A stretch of 64,000 nucleotides of DNA from a virus (taxonomy: Duplodnaviria > Caudoviricetes). Shown piece after piece: positions 28,497 to 38,129 of this stretch. Each line of letters opens with the position of its first letter. The stretch's first letter is position 1. The stretch lies in IMG/VR virus record IMGVR_UViG_3300029288_000082, positions 97,120 to 161,119 of that record, one strand, 5' to 3'. Under the pieces are notes generated by a model. It ran no database searches and had not been told where the DNA came from. It worked only from the letters and a program-made list of their open reading frames with translations. Both the position numbers and the translations under genes were made by a program.

Positions 28497-31400
28497 GGCG
28501 CGTCCCCCTCCAGCACGCGGATCATCTGCTGGCGGGAGGGGGTGAAGTCCCAGTCTGGCGCGCCCAGCCCGAAGAAGCCGCCAGGGCGGGGCTGGATGCG
28601 GTCGAAGCAGATGTGGACGAGGGACCCCGCGGCCTCGGGGGGCGGCGTCACCGCCACGGTGCCGCGGTGGCCGGCGCGGATGGGGGCGGCGTGGGCAGCC
28701 CAGCGCTCGTCCTGCAGCAGCTCCACGCGCTTGCCCACCAAGTCGCGCAGCGTCATGACTGGCCCCCCTCCTCCAAGATCACGTAGTCGGTGCTCCGGGC
28801 CTTGGCACGCGGGCGAATGCGGCTCTTCTTGACCCGGGTCGTGCGCCCACGCGGGAACCACTTCACCAAGACCCTCTCCTCCGAAAGGATCTCAATCACC
28901 TTGCCCTCCCGGTAGACCGTGCACCGGGGGTCGTTATCGTGAATCCTCGTTCCAACCTTGATCTCCATCTCCTACTCCTTCCTAGTGAGGAAGGCGCACT
29001 TGCGGGCACATGGTGCCTTGTATCCGCATACAGGACACCGACACTCGTGGTCATCGACCACCTGCCGCAGCCGCTCGTTCTCCTCCCGCGCCTCGTCACG
29101 TTCGTCTGTCAGGCGCTTCGCCGTCCATGCGAGAGAGTCGTACTTTACAAGGATCTCAGCTACGAGAGTCGATTGATCGCCGCCAGCAGCAACCACCGCC
29201 TCCGCTCTGTTGCGCAGGTCTGTTCGCATCTCACTACCTCTTCCCGGCGAGTGAAACTCAGCATCCGATCATCCTGTTGATGGCCTGCATTCTCAGGTTG
29301 TCCGCTACCCATGTTGCCGCCTTCAGGCACTTACTCGATCTCTGCGCGGCCTGGCGTGCGTTCTCGTCATCCTGGTCACCCTTCCGCTTCCTCGGCGGCA
29401 GCAGCTCCACCGGATCGAAGGCGTTGAGGTAGCACGTCCGCACCTTCTTGCGCCCATGTCTGTTAATCGCAAGGTGCGGGCATCCCCAGCCACAATCGCG
29501 GATCTCAGCAGTCGAGACCTTGATCACGGTGACCGCGTACACCTTTCCGTCTTGCAAGGTCATGGCTTCACCTCCCGAACGATGCACTTCCGACATCGCA
29601 GCGGGCGTCCTCGGCTGTCCTTCGATATGGGCCACCCGAACAGATCGCAAAAGTCCTGCTCGAACGATGACCTCCAGACCCACCAGGAACAGCGACCGCA
29701 CCGCTTCCGATCCAACGAGACACTCGCCTCCACCGCGACTTTCACCTTCATGGCGCTCCCTCCAGCATCCGTGCCAGCCGTGCCGCGCGCTTCCGCGCCA
29801 CCCGCTCGCGCACCTCCGCAAGCGTCGGCTGGGACCTGGCCCACTCAAGGTGTAGTTCGTTCAGACGCTCAAACTCCTCCCTCGATAACCACTCTGACTC
29901 CGACATGTGCAACCCTCGGATGCACGGATCTTTCGAAGCCTCCATTCTCGCACGGCCAACCGCCACGAGAGCATCCAACTCAGCTACAATCTCCTCCGGT
30001 GACCGGGCCATCGTCACTCCCATCCGCCGAATGGCAGCCATGCCTCCTCGCCGGTCCCGCCCTGCACTGTGCAGTTGACACAGTTGCGCCGGTTGAACGC
30101 GTACAGGCAGTGCTCGCACTCTGGCTGCTGTTTCGGGTCGCGCTGCGCAATCAAGTGCGCGAGCTGCTCCTCGGTCATGCGCGTCTCGGTGTCCATCAAT
30201 AAACTCCCATCATCTTCGCAATTGCATCCCATTTTCAGCGAGCAACCCTTTGATTTCTTTTAGGCTTTTTCGCCCAAGCATCTTTGATGCAACCAGATCC
30301 TCCTCGGTACAAAGGATCAGCTCGCTGATCATTTCGATGCCCATTCCCTGCAAGCCATTCATCGAGCGAACGGACAACTCCAGATCCTCGACACGACCGC
30401 CCGGCAACTCCTTGACCTCGGCAGCACGGTCCCTGCGCCTCTCGGCTCTCTTCCGGCGAACAGACACAGTCGTTGAAGTAACACCATGCTCCCTGGCGAC
30501 CTGCGATTGGGTCTTTGTGCGCAGCTCATCCAGTAGCTCTTCGTCGGTCAGCCACATCTTCCTGGAAGAGCAGCCTCTATGGCAGAACCGCGCGTTTGGA
30601 TTGGTCGTCGTGAACGTCTTTCCGCACCGACAAACGACCGTCCTGATCTTCGGCCCAGCGAGCTTCCATGCCAGACGCACCAGGCCATTCGCCTGATCCA
30701 CGGCGATCTTCCCTTGCTCCTCGAAGCCCGCCACCTCGACGGCGCGGATCGCCCCCTCGCACGCCTCGGCCCACACTTCGATGGGCGTTCTTTCTTCGTC
30801 GTTTGTCATGCTACCCGCCTCCTTGCCTGCCGCTCCTCCCAGAGCTGCCTGAGCCACCCAACCGCCTCCGCGTGCGTGTTGAACGGTCGCGACACGTCCG
30901 GGTGCAGCCCGTGAGCGGGCCACGCCTCCGCCCGGACCACGGGGCCCCGGTCGCAGATCCCGTCGCGCCAGTCCACCACGTGGCCGAGCTTGTGCCACCA
31001 GCCGTACCCGGGCCACGTCACCAGCAGCCGCACCTCGTCCGGGTGCAGCGGGTGGCGCTCCTCCTTGTACTGGTACTGTCGCATCATCCCCTCTCGTCGT
31101 GCTCGGCGAGCCACGCTCGCACGTCCACCTGCCGCCGGACCACCGGCTCGCACATCCACGGCTCGTACTCGGCCAGCACCACCGCGTGGTAGGCCGCCTC
31201 GGCCGCCAGCATCGCAGGAGTCGGCTCCGTCCACCCTCCGTCCGGGTCGCCGTACTCCTCGTCGATGCACTCCAGCGTCCGCTCCAGCGTGTCTCCGGGG
31301 CGCATCATCAACTGCACCCGAGCGAACCCCACCACCTCAATCTCGTCCGGCAGGTTGTCCGCCCACTTGCCGCCAGGAAGCGCAAACTCCTCCAGGTAGT

Positions 31401-32295
31401 AGTCGATGGCCTCCTCCATCGTCTCGTGCGTCAGCTCCGTCTCGTGGCCGCCGACAGACCAGTACACGACCTCACGGCCGGTGGGATCGCCTTGTGTCTC
31501 GCGCCATGCGGTCATATGGCCTCCTTATTGCCAGTGCCATTCGCCAGCGATCTGCTCCGCCGTCTCGTCTAGCACCTTCGCCCGCTCCTCCCAGCGTTCC
31601 GCATTGGGTCGATTCTGCATCGAGTCCGCCAGCGCGTTGCTGGCCATGTTGCGGCAATCGGTCGCCTTGCGCCGTAGGAACGCCAGGATGCCATCGCGCT
31701 CTCCCATCACAATCTCACGGGTCATCTTGTCGTCCATCAATCGTTCTCCTTCCCGGCGAGGGCGGCGCGGAACATCTCCAGCTGTTCCTTCGCTTCGTAG
31801 CAGACTCCGGCCTCTTCGAACTGATCGAGGTATTCCGCGAATGCCTCCGCGCTTTCTGCTCGCGCTGCGTCCAGGTCGCGCTCTAGCCCCTTCACGAGGC
31901 AGCAGGACTCGTTGTGCGCGGACCCCGCTGCGTGGGAACAGGCGAGCGAACGCAGCCGCTCGTTCTCGACCAACAAGCATACACCGCAGTGCAGCTCGTC
32001 CTCCCCCGGCGCCGAAAAGAGGTACGCCTCCCCGTGGGTGCACGATCCGACGCTCACGGCTCCACCTTCACCACCACCAGCCCCACCTCGGTGGCCCACC
32101 GCTCCGCATCGGCCCGCGTCAGGAACGCGTTGAACCAGAACTCGCGGTCCACCATCGCCTCGATGGCCCACATCCACTCGCCGTTCTCGTCGTTGCGGCG
32201 GATGGCCACCTCGCGGGACTGGGCCAGCAGCACCTTGGCCCTCCCCCGCTCGATGGGGTTCGCAAACAGCTCCAGCGCCTTGTCACGGTCGTCCA
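28493..32295 (-). other. Accessory cluster of small coupled hypothetical genes, several Cys/Zn-finger-like
   Basis: ORFs such as 28753-28968, 28972-29229, 29258-29563, 29560-29751 and 31084-31515, with overlapping start/stop codons and RBSs. Confidence 0.65.
30210..30809 (-). CDS. Zn-finger/HTH protein fused to an RNA polymerase alpha-subunit C-terminal domain
   Basis: CRCG...FCHRGC, then TQSQVAREHGVTSTTVS, then VEDLELSVRSMNGL..MGI..ISELILCTEEDL..SKMLGRKSLKEIK, which matches the RpoA CTD pattern. Confidence 0.85.
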   Translation of the reverse strand: MTNDEERTPIEVWAEACEGAIRAVEVAGFEEQGKIAVDQANGLVRLAWKLAGPKIRTVVCRCGKTFTTTNPNARFCHRGCSSRKMWLTDEELLDELRTKTQSQVAREHGVTSTTVSVRRKRAERRRDRAAEVKELPGGRVEDLELSVRSMNGLQGMGIEMISELILCTEEDLVASKMLGRKSLKEIKGLLAENGMQLRR

Positions 32296-32328
32296 TCCCT
32301 GCCTCCCTTCGCGCACACGTGTGCGCTC

Positions 32329-33267
32329 TCACTCGCCATGCAGCAGGCGCTGCAGGTGGGCCCAGTCGGTCTGGAAGCCCGCGGCGCCGGGGTGGCCCCC
32401 GCCCGTGCCGTAGGGCCCCGCAGCCCCGAGCTGCTTCGCCAGCGCGCCCAGGTCCGGCACGTCCCGGCCCTGGGGCCGGTACATGCTCACGGAGATCTGC
32501 CCCGAGGCCACGACACTCCACGCCACGAACAGGTCCACCTCGGCCGACCGGGGGTCGCGCTCGAACGGCGTCGAATTGAGCCCCGGCGCGTTCACCACCA
32601 GGGCGCGGTAGCCCGCGAACGGCCCCACCGCGGCGCCGGCCTGCATCCTGTCATCCTCCACCCGCTGCTGGTAGCGCATCAGGATGGCGCCGTACTCATG
32701 TGCGTCCTGGACCACGGCGCGGTCGCCATCTTGGCAGAACACCTGCTGCCAGAAACCATGGTTCGTCGCGGGGTCGCTGTCGATGGCGCGCAGGTACAGT
32801 TGCAGGGGCCGCACAAGCCGATCCCAGGCCGGGTGGTCGCGCCGGAACACGTCCCAGGCCGCCACCAACTCGATGACCTCCGGCAACTGCCGTTCGTGGA
32901 AGCACCAGTTCCACGTCAGCTCGCAGGCGGCACGACCCTCCTCGCGCACGCCCTGCACCCCCAGCAGCAGGGGCTCCTCCGCCTCGGCTACCAGGGACGT
33001 GCGGTGGTGGTCGATCCAGGTGAGGTGCGCCTCCTGGAGCCGACAGTGCTCCACGAAGGCCCGCATCCGGGCCACGGGCTGCAGCATGAAGTCGAGCAGG
33101 TACACGCGGTCGTACTGCTGGATCACCGCATCGTCCCACGCCATGCCGTAGTCGATGGGGTGAAAGATCAACTCCGCGCCCGGCCGCTCGCGCCGCAGGT
33201 GCTCCTGCACGATGCCCGCGCTGGCGTGCCCGTCCGCGTCCATGTGGTAGATCAGGTGTATCTGCAT
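32329..33267 (-). CDS. DHH/DHHA1 family phosphoesterase
   Basis: YHMDADG, LLDF, WIDHH and GGGHPGAAGF motifs. Confidence 0.9.
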   Translation of the reverse strand: MQIHLIYHMDADGHASAGIVQEHLRRERPGAELIFHPIDYGMAWDDAVIQQYDRVYLLDFMLQPVARMRAFVEHCRLQEAHLTWIDHHRTSLVAEAEEPLLLGVQGVREEGRAACELTWNWCFHERQLPEVIELVAAWDVFRRDHPAWDRLVRPLQLYLRAIDSDPATNHGFWQQVFCQDGDRAVVQDAHEYGAILMRYQQRVEDDRMQAGAAVGPFAGYRALVVNAPGLNSTPFERDPRSAEVDLFVAWSVVASGQISVSMYRPQGRDVPDLGALAKQLGAAGPYGTGGGHPGAAGFQTDWAHLQRLLHGE

Positions 33268-33317
33268 CGCGTCCCTCCCGGTGGATGCCCCGATCCTGCC
33301 ACATCCGGTGGCGTTTG

Positions 33318-33629
33318 TCAACGGGGATCCTGATCCGGCTGTAGCTGTGCCGATGACGAGGAGACGATCATGGAAGCGAAGCTGGACGCCTGGCGCACGT
33401 GGCGGTGCAGGTGAAGCACCGACGAATTCATGTAGCCGTTCACATACTGCTGCGGCACGGTTGCCTGCAAGCATGCGATAGCCCCCTCCAGCACGCGAAT
33501 CATCTTCCTGCGCTGAACATCGGCCTCCTCCAAGCTCGGAATCTTGACCTTCTTTTTCGCCTTGGCCACCTTCTTCGCTCCGCTCTTCTTCTTCGCGCCG
33601 TCCTTTTCCATCGCCACGTCCTTCTTCAT
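33318..33629 (-). CDS. Lys-rich hypothetical protein
   Basis: ORF between the promoters at 33711 and 33321. Confidence 0.5.
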   Translation of the reverse strand: MKKDVAMEKDGAKKKSGAKKVAKAKKKVKIPSLEEADVQRRKMIRVLEGAIACLQATVPQQYVNGYMNSSVLHLHRHVRQASSFASMIVSSSSAQLQPDQDPR

Positions 33630-33721
33630 CGCGCACTTCCTTCCCGTGCTACATCGTAGCAGCGCACCCTCCATGCCTCGCCATATTAACGCGAACGTGG
33701 CCGTTTGTCAACGGGGATTGT

Positions 33722-34144
33722 TCACTTTTTGGGGGCGGCCACGAGGCGCTCGTTCACCACCACGCGCATGCCACGTCGCGCCAGGATCTGCCGCAGCTGG
33801 GGCTCGTGCTTGCGGCAGCACCCCAGGGAGCCCCCGCTGGCGCCGTGGAACGTGACGCCGAACACGGCCGGTTGGCCGCAGATGAAGCAGTAGGTGGCCA
33901 GGTGTGGCCGGGGCCCGCGGTAGCGCGGGAAGGCCCGGCCCGCCGCCGGCCCCCCGCAGTCCGCCACGGCGCAGGCGCAGGGGCGGCCCGCTGCCTGCTC
34001 CCGGGCCTCCCAGTAGTGGGTGCACCAGGCGCACACGGCGCTCAGCCCCGTCTCGATCTCGCGCTGGGCCAGGGCCTCCGTGAGGGCGCCCAGGCCGGTG
34101 CCCGCGTCGATCACGGGGCGCACACGTGTTCGCTCCTCGGTCAT
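33722..34144 (-). CDS. Cys-rich (Zn-binding) hypothetical protein
   Basis: CAWC, CAC...CGGP and YCFICG motifs; GGAGG RBS. Confidence 0.65.
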   Translation of the reverse strand: MTEERTRVRPVIDAGTGLGALTEALAQREIETGLSAVCAWCTHYWEAREQAAGRPCACAVADCGGPAAGRAFPRYRGPRPHLATYCFICGQPAVFGVTFHGASGGSLGCCRKHEPQLRQILARRGMRVVVNERLVAAPKK

Positions 34145-34157
34145 CGCGCCCCCCTCC

Positions 34158-34424
34158 CTAGTTGCTGCGCCAGATCCCCAATACGTCATCTACCGCGCGC
34201 GACGGCTGCGCCAACACGTCTTCCGGCATCCACCCAGCAAGACGCATGCCTTCCCATGCGCTCTGAATGAGTTCCTTATCGGATACGTCCCCGGGATCGC
34301 CCATGTTCCACGCTCGGATCTCCTTCTTCATGCGCTTCACGTACGGCTTCAGCGCCGCGAACACCTCGTTGGGCACCACCTTCTCCCGCGAGATCGCCTC
34401 GAACACCGCTTTCATCGTCGTCAT
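34158..34424 (-). CDS. Hypothetical, putative internal head protein
   Basis: Leader MKAVFEAISRE. Confidence 0.6.
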   Translation of the reverse strand: MTTMKAVFEAISREKVVPNEVFAALKPYVKRMKKEIRAWNMGDPGDVSDKELIQSAWEGMRLAGWMPEDVLAQPSRAVDDVLGIWRSN

Positions 34425-34429
34425 CGTGC

Positions 34430-34630
34430 TCACCCCTTGGGCCGCGGCCCGTACTCGCGCACCACCGGCATCCGGCCCGGGCAGATCACGCGCACCCTGG
34501 CCCAGTTGCCCTCCCGCTCCAGCGGCACCACCCGGCAGCCCGGGTTGCGCTGCTCCGCGTGCTGGATGATGGCCGGCGTGCAAGCCCCGGCCAGCAGCGC
34601 GGCCAGCACCAATGCCGCGGCGCGGATCAC
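34430..34630 (-). CDS. Small putative lipoprotein
   Basis: GTG start; IRAAALVLAALLAGAC lipobox; two further Cys residues. Confidence 0.55.
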   Translation of the reverse strand: MIRAAALVLAALLAGACTPAIIQHAEQRNPGCRVVPLEREGNWARVRVICPGRMPVVREYGPRPKG

Positions 34631-34989
34631 AGCCCGAGTTCCTTCTCGGCGGCCGCCTGGGCCTTCTCCAGCGAGGAGAAGCGCCCGATCACCTGCGTCT
34701 GCCCGCGCACCCCCGGGACCGCCGTCTCGGCCCGGAACTTGTCGCGCGCCTCGTCGTCGTCCCACCACGTGATCCAGGCGACATCGGAGTACTTGCTGCT
34801 CAGGGTAGCCTTGTTGGCCTGCCTGGGATCATCCCCCTTTCCCCGGAGATCGGAGCGCCAGCTGTACTCCGCCTTCCGCTTGGCCGCGCGCTCGGCATCC
34901 ATGCGATCCCGGGCCGCAGCGCTGGCCCCACCGCCCATACCACGGAACCGCGCCGCCTCGAACAGGTCGGCCATCCGTACCGTCGCCAT
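34627..34989 (-). CDS. Hypothetical, putative internal head protein
   Basis: RBS GGAG/AGGA; leader MADLFEAA. Confidence 0.65.
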   Translation of the reverse strand: MATVRMADLFEAARFRGMGGGASAAARDRMDAERAAKRKAEYSWRSDLRGKGDDPRQANKATLSSKYSDVAWITWWDDDEARDKFRAETAVPGVRGQTQVIGRFSSLEKAQAAAEKELGL

Positions 34990-35028
34990 GGTCCTACTCC
35001 TTCTTGCTCGCGCGCACACGTGTGCGCC

Positions 35029-35844
35029 TCAGTCATACGTGCTGTACGAGTGGTAGTCCAGCCCCGCGTCGGCCATGGCCCGCGCCAGCTCGTGGTAGGA
35101 CCACCGGCGGATCTGCGCCTCGTGCTCCTGCACCCACGCATAGAAGTTGGCGATGGCCGTCCTCTTCGCCCCGTGCACGGGCGGGATGTGGTTGGTGGTG
35201 TCCTCCAGCCCCTTCGCCCGCTGGCGCACCGAGAAGTCCTTCGCCGAGGCTTCCAGCTCGAACGTGGGCGTAACGATCTTCACCTTGGCCCCAGGCGCCC
35301 CCGCTGGGGCCTCCACGTCCACCCCGCGAAGCCGCGTCTCCTCCACCGCCACAGCGTGCGCACCATAGGAGCCGCCCAGCTTCGTCGCCTCCTGCACCGC
35401 GTCCTTGGCCGCGCGTAGCGCCTGCGCGTAGGTGCGCGCCGTAGCGATGGCTCCCAGCGCCTTCTCCAAGAGGCTGGCCACGGGCAACGAGAAGTCCCAG
35501 TCGAGGTTGTACAGCGCGAACTCGTCCACCTGCTTCCCGCGCTTCCCCGCGTTCGTCAAGTCGGTCACGCGCAGGGCGCTCGTGTACCGGTGCAGGCGCA
35601 ACCCCTCCCGCTCGACCGTCTTCCCCAGCGGGACACCCGCGTTGCCCAGCGGGCGCTTCTTGGCCGACGGGCCTCCCTGGGGTGGCTCCGCGCTGGCCGA
35701 GGAGATCGTGGAACGCGCGGGCTGCTCGTCCCCACCCTGTCCCCCGGGGATCACCTGGAGCTTGACCCCGGTGCGCGTCACCGCCTCCAACCGTTCCAAG
35801 AGCGCCCGCATGGTCCCCCCCATAGATTCTAGCATGTCCTTCAT
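35029..35844 (-). CDS. Hypothetical, putative internal head protein
   Basis: GGAGG RBS; MKDMLES...MRALLERLEAV. Confidence 0.7.
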   Translation of the reverse strand: MKDMLESMGGTMRALLERLEAVTRTGVKLQVIPGGQGGDEQPARSTISSASAEPPQGGPSAKKRPLGNAGVPLGKTVEREGLRLHRYTSALRVTDLTNAGKRGKQVDEFALYNLDWDFSLPVASLLEKALGAIATARTYAQALRAAKDAVQEATKLGGSYGAHAVAVEETRLRGVDVEAPAGAPGAKVKIVTPTFELEASAKDFSVRQRAKGLEDTTNHIPPVHGAKRTAIANFYAWVQEHEAQIRRWSYHELARAMADAGLDYHSYSTYD

Positions 35845-35887
35845 CGCGTCCTCCAGCGGCGAACACGTGTGCGCCGATCAATCTCAG

Positions 35888-36523
35888 CTAGTCCAGATCC
35901 TTGTCGTAGTCGATGGATCGCCCGTCGATCTCCGCCATGAGGCGGTACGCCAGCGTCAGCGGCCCCACGCTGCCACCTGGGTGCGCGTTGGACCAGAAGG
36001 GCACGCTGTCCCCGACCGGCGCCACGACAGATATGTTGATCTCGCCGCCGTTGTCCGTCAGCTCGTAGGACTTGCTGCCATAGCTCACGACAACGGATTT
36101 GCGCGCCTTGCTGACCCCGACAAGGCGCGCCCCCATGGCCCGCGCTACCGTTGCCCAGTCGTATTCGATCATGGGTCCGTGCTGCCCCGGACGATCCTTC
36201 TTCCCCTCGTGAAGTTGCTCCATCGAGCGCAAAAGATGATCCATTTTACTCTCCTCGAAATTCTCTCCGCTCACCACTTCCAGCGGAACCTCGGCATCAA
36301 CCGGAATCGACTCGTGCTCGCCGCGCCGCTTGGGCGGGTACACCAACGTGCCAGACAGTTGCACCAACGTGGGATTGCCAAAGGTGCTCGACGAGACCCT
36401 GGTGGGCTTCTTCGCAATGCGCATCACCCACGTAACCTTCTCGCCGCGCACCACGACGCAGGTTCCCTGTTCCGCACGCCTCGGAAGAACCTTGCGCATC
36501 ACCTTGAATTTATTATCCATCAT
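35888..36523 (-). CDS. Hypothetical protein
   Basis: ATGA overlap with the gp14-like gene; internal MDHLLRSMEQLHEG. Confidence 0.6.
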   Translation of the reverse strand: MMDNKFKVMRKVLPRRAEQGTCVVVRGEKVTWVMRIAKKPTRVSSSTFGNPTLVQLSGTLVYPPKRRGEHESIPVDAEVPLEVVSGENFEESKMDHLLRSMEQLHEGKKDRPGQHGPMIEYDWATVARAMGARLVGVSKARKSVVVSYGSKSYELTDNGGEINISVVAPVGDSVPFWSNAHPGGSVGPLTLAYRLMAEIDGRSIDYDKDLD

Positions 36524-37077
36524 CCGACCTTTCTTTCCGGGACAAACTGCGACCGGCGCTTCAGCAGCAGCTTCCAGCCCACCACGCTGGCGGTGTCCAG
36601 CACGTTGCCGGAGGACCCGGCGTTCACCACGTCCCACCACAGGCCGAACACGTAGGTCACGTCGCCCTCTTTGGGTACGCGCGCGGCGAACGACCGGCCG
36701 GCCACGGCGGCCTCCCAGTGCAGCACCGCCACGTACAGGGTGGCGTCGTACTCGACCTGCTTGCCCTCGGCCCGGGCGCTGGGCTGGCGCTGGTCCGCCT
36801 CCTGGTACTCGATGGCGCACTGGAACGTGAGCGGGGCCTCCCCCCCGGCCACGTCGGGCGAGAAGTTCCAGCTGGTGGGATGGTGCTGCGGCGTGCCCCG
36901 GGGGTCCATGCCGCCGTACAGCGGGTCGTTGTCCGGCTCGCCGTACAGCGGGTCCACGTGCTTGCCCCGGTTCAGGGAGTAGTACTCGCAGGTGGGGCCG
37001 ACCAGCGCGATGCGCTCCGCCTCCAACTGCTTGAAGTACGCGATCTCCGTGGGGCAGCTGCCGTAGACTAGGGCCAT
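36520..37077 (-). CDS. Neck / head-closure protein (T4 gp14-like)
   Basis: ERIALVG..CEYY....DPLYGE and PKEGD motifs. Confidence 0.7.
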   Translation of the reverse strand: MALVYGSCPTEIAYFKQLEAERIALVGPTCEYYSLNRGKHVDPLYGEPDNDPLYGGMDPRGTPQHHPTSWNFSPDVAGGEAPLTFQCAIEYQEADQRQPSARAEGKQVEYDATLYVAVLHWEAAVAGRSFAARVPKEGDVTYVFGLWWDVVNAGSSGNVLDTASVVGWKLLLKRRSQFVPERKVG

Positions 37078-37081
37078 GGGT

Positions 37082-37651
37082 TTACCGATCCTCGACCTTC
37101 GACACCTTGAACCGCTTGTCCTTCTTTAACTCGTCCACGCCGCCCGACCGCATGTCGATGAGGAGGGTGTCCCCCGATCCGCCCACGTTGCCGTAGCGCT
37201 CCGCCTCGGACCACGCCTCGTCCCGGGTCATCCCCACGGGCTCCACCGTGACCTGCACGGGGTAGAAGTCAGCCACCTTCACCGTGTCCGCCTTGCGCCC
37301 CTTCCGCAGCGCCTCGAAGTTGCGCTCCAGCTTCTTCGCCCAGGGGTAGGACGCGCCCCCGTAGCGCTTCGACCAGTTCTCGACGCCACGCGAGATAAGA
37401 TCCTGGGCAATCCATCGCTCCATCTGCACCGGGCGCTTGTAGTCCGGCCCCTGCACGTACTCGATGCGATCCTTGCCCACCTTCGTCACGATGATGTGAG
37501 TCGGTGACGAGGAAGCACCAAGGAAGTACTCGGTGTTCGGTTGCAGCTCGATGGTGTTCTTTGGTTGCTCGATGCCACGGTCGCCGATCACCCCGCGCAT
37601 CTCGTCCATGGCATTCCCCAGTTGCTCGCTCAAGTGTCGTAGCCGTCCCAT
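37082..37651 (-). CDS. Hypothetical, putative internal head protein
   Basis: Leader MGRLRHLSEQL..AMDEM. Confidence 0.65.
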   Translation of the reverse strand: MGRLRHLSEQLGNAMDEMRGVIGDRGIEQPKNTIELQPNTEYFLGASSSPTHIIVTKVGKDRIEYVQGPDYKRPVQMERWIAQDLISRGVENWSKRYGGASYPWAKKLERNFEALRKGRKADTVKVADFYPVQVTVEPVGMTRDEAWSEAERYGNVGGSGDTLLIDMRSGGVDELKKDKRFKVSKVEDR

Positions 37652-37666
37652 GTGTGCCGATCCTTT

Positions 37667-38086
37667 CTACTTGCTTCCGACGGGAACACCCGCCTTTTTC
37701 AATGCTGCCAGGATATCGCTGGCCACCACCTTCGCATCCCCAGCCTTCACCGTGTCATAGGACTTGCGCAGGTGAAGACCACCGGCAGACCGCGCACCAT
37801 AGACGTGAAACAGCGCCATGTGCTCGTCCCTGCTGTTCGAGGAACTGACCATGAGCGACGCCCGATCTGGCCCGCTGCCCTGCAACATGAAGCTGTCGCT
37901 TTCATCTTCCCCACGCGGAGCCCCCTTCATCGTACCAGCTCGATGCCCGTCGATATCGAACTTCCACCCGTCCAGTTGGCGCTCCAAGATCCCCTGGATC
38001 GCGGTCAGGAAGACGAACGACTTGCTGGCCTCGTTCTTCGGCTGCCTCCGTACCGCCTCTTCGATGCTGTCAAGAAGTGCACGCAT
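37667..38086 (-). CDS. Hypothetical, putative internal head protein
   Basis: GAGG RBS; leader MRALLDSIEEAV. Confidence 0.65.
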   Translation of the reverse strand: MRALLDSIEEAVRRQPKNEASKSFVFLTAIQGILERQLDGWKFDIDGHRAGTMKGAPRGEDESDSFMLQGSGPDRASLMVSSSNSRDEHMALFHVYGARSAGGLHLRKSYDTVKAGDAKVVASDILAALKKAGVPVGSK

Positions 38087-38129
38087 TGTTCTTCCTCTAC
38101 ATCCCGTAGTTGGATGTGCGCTCATATGG

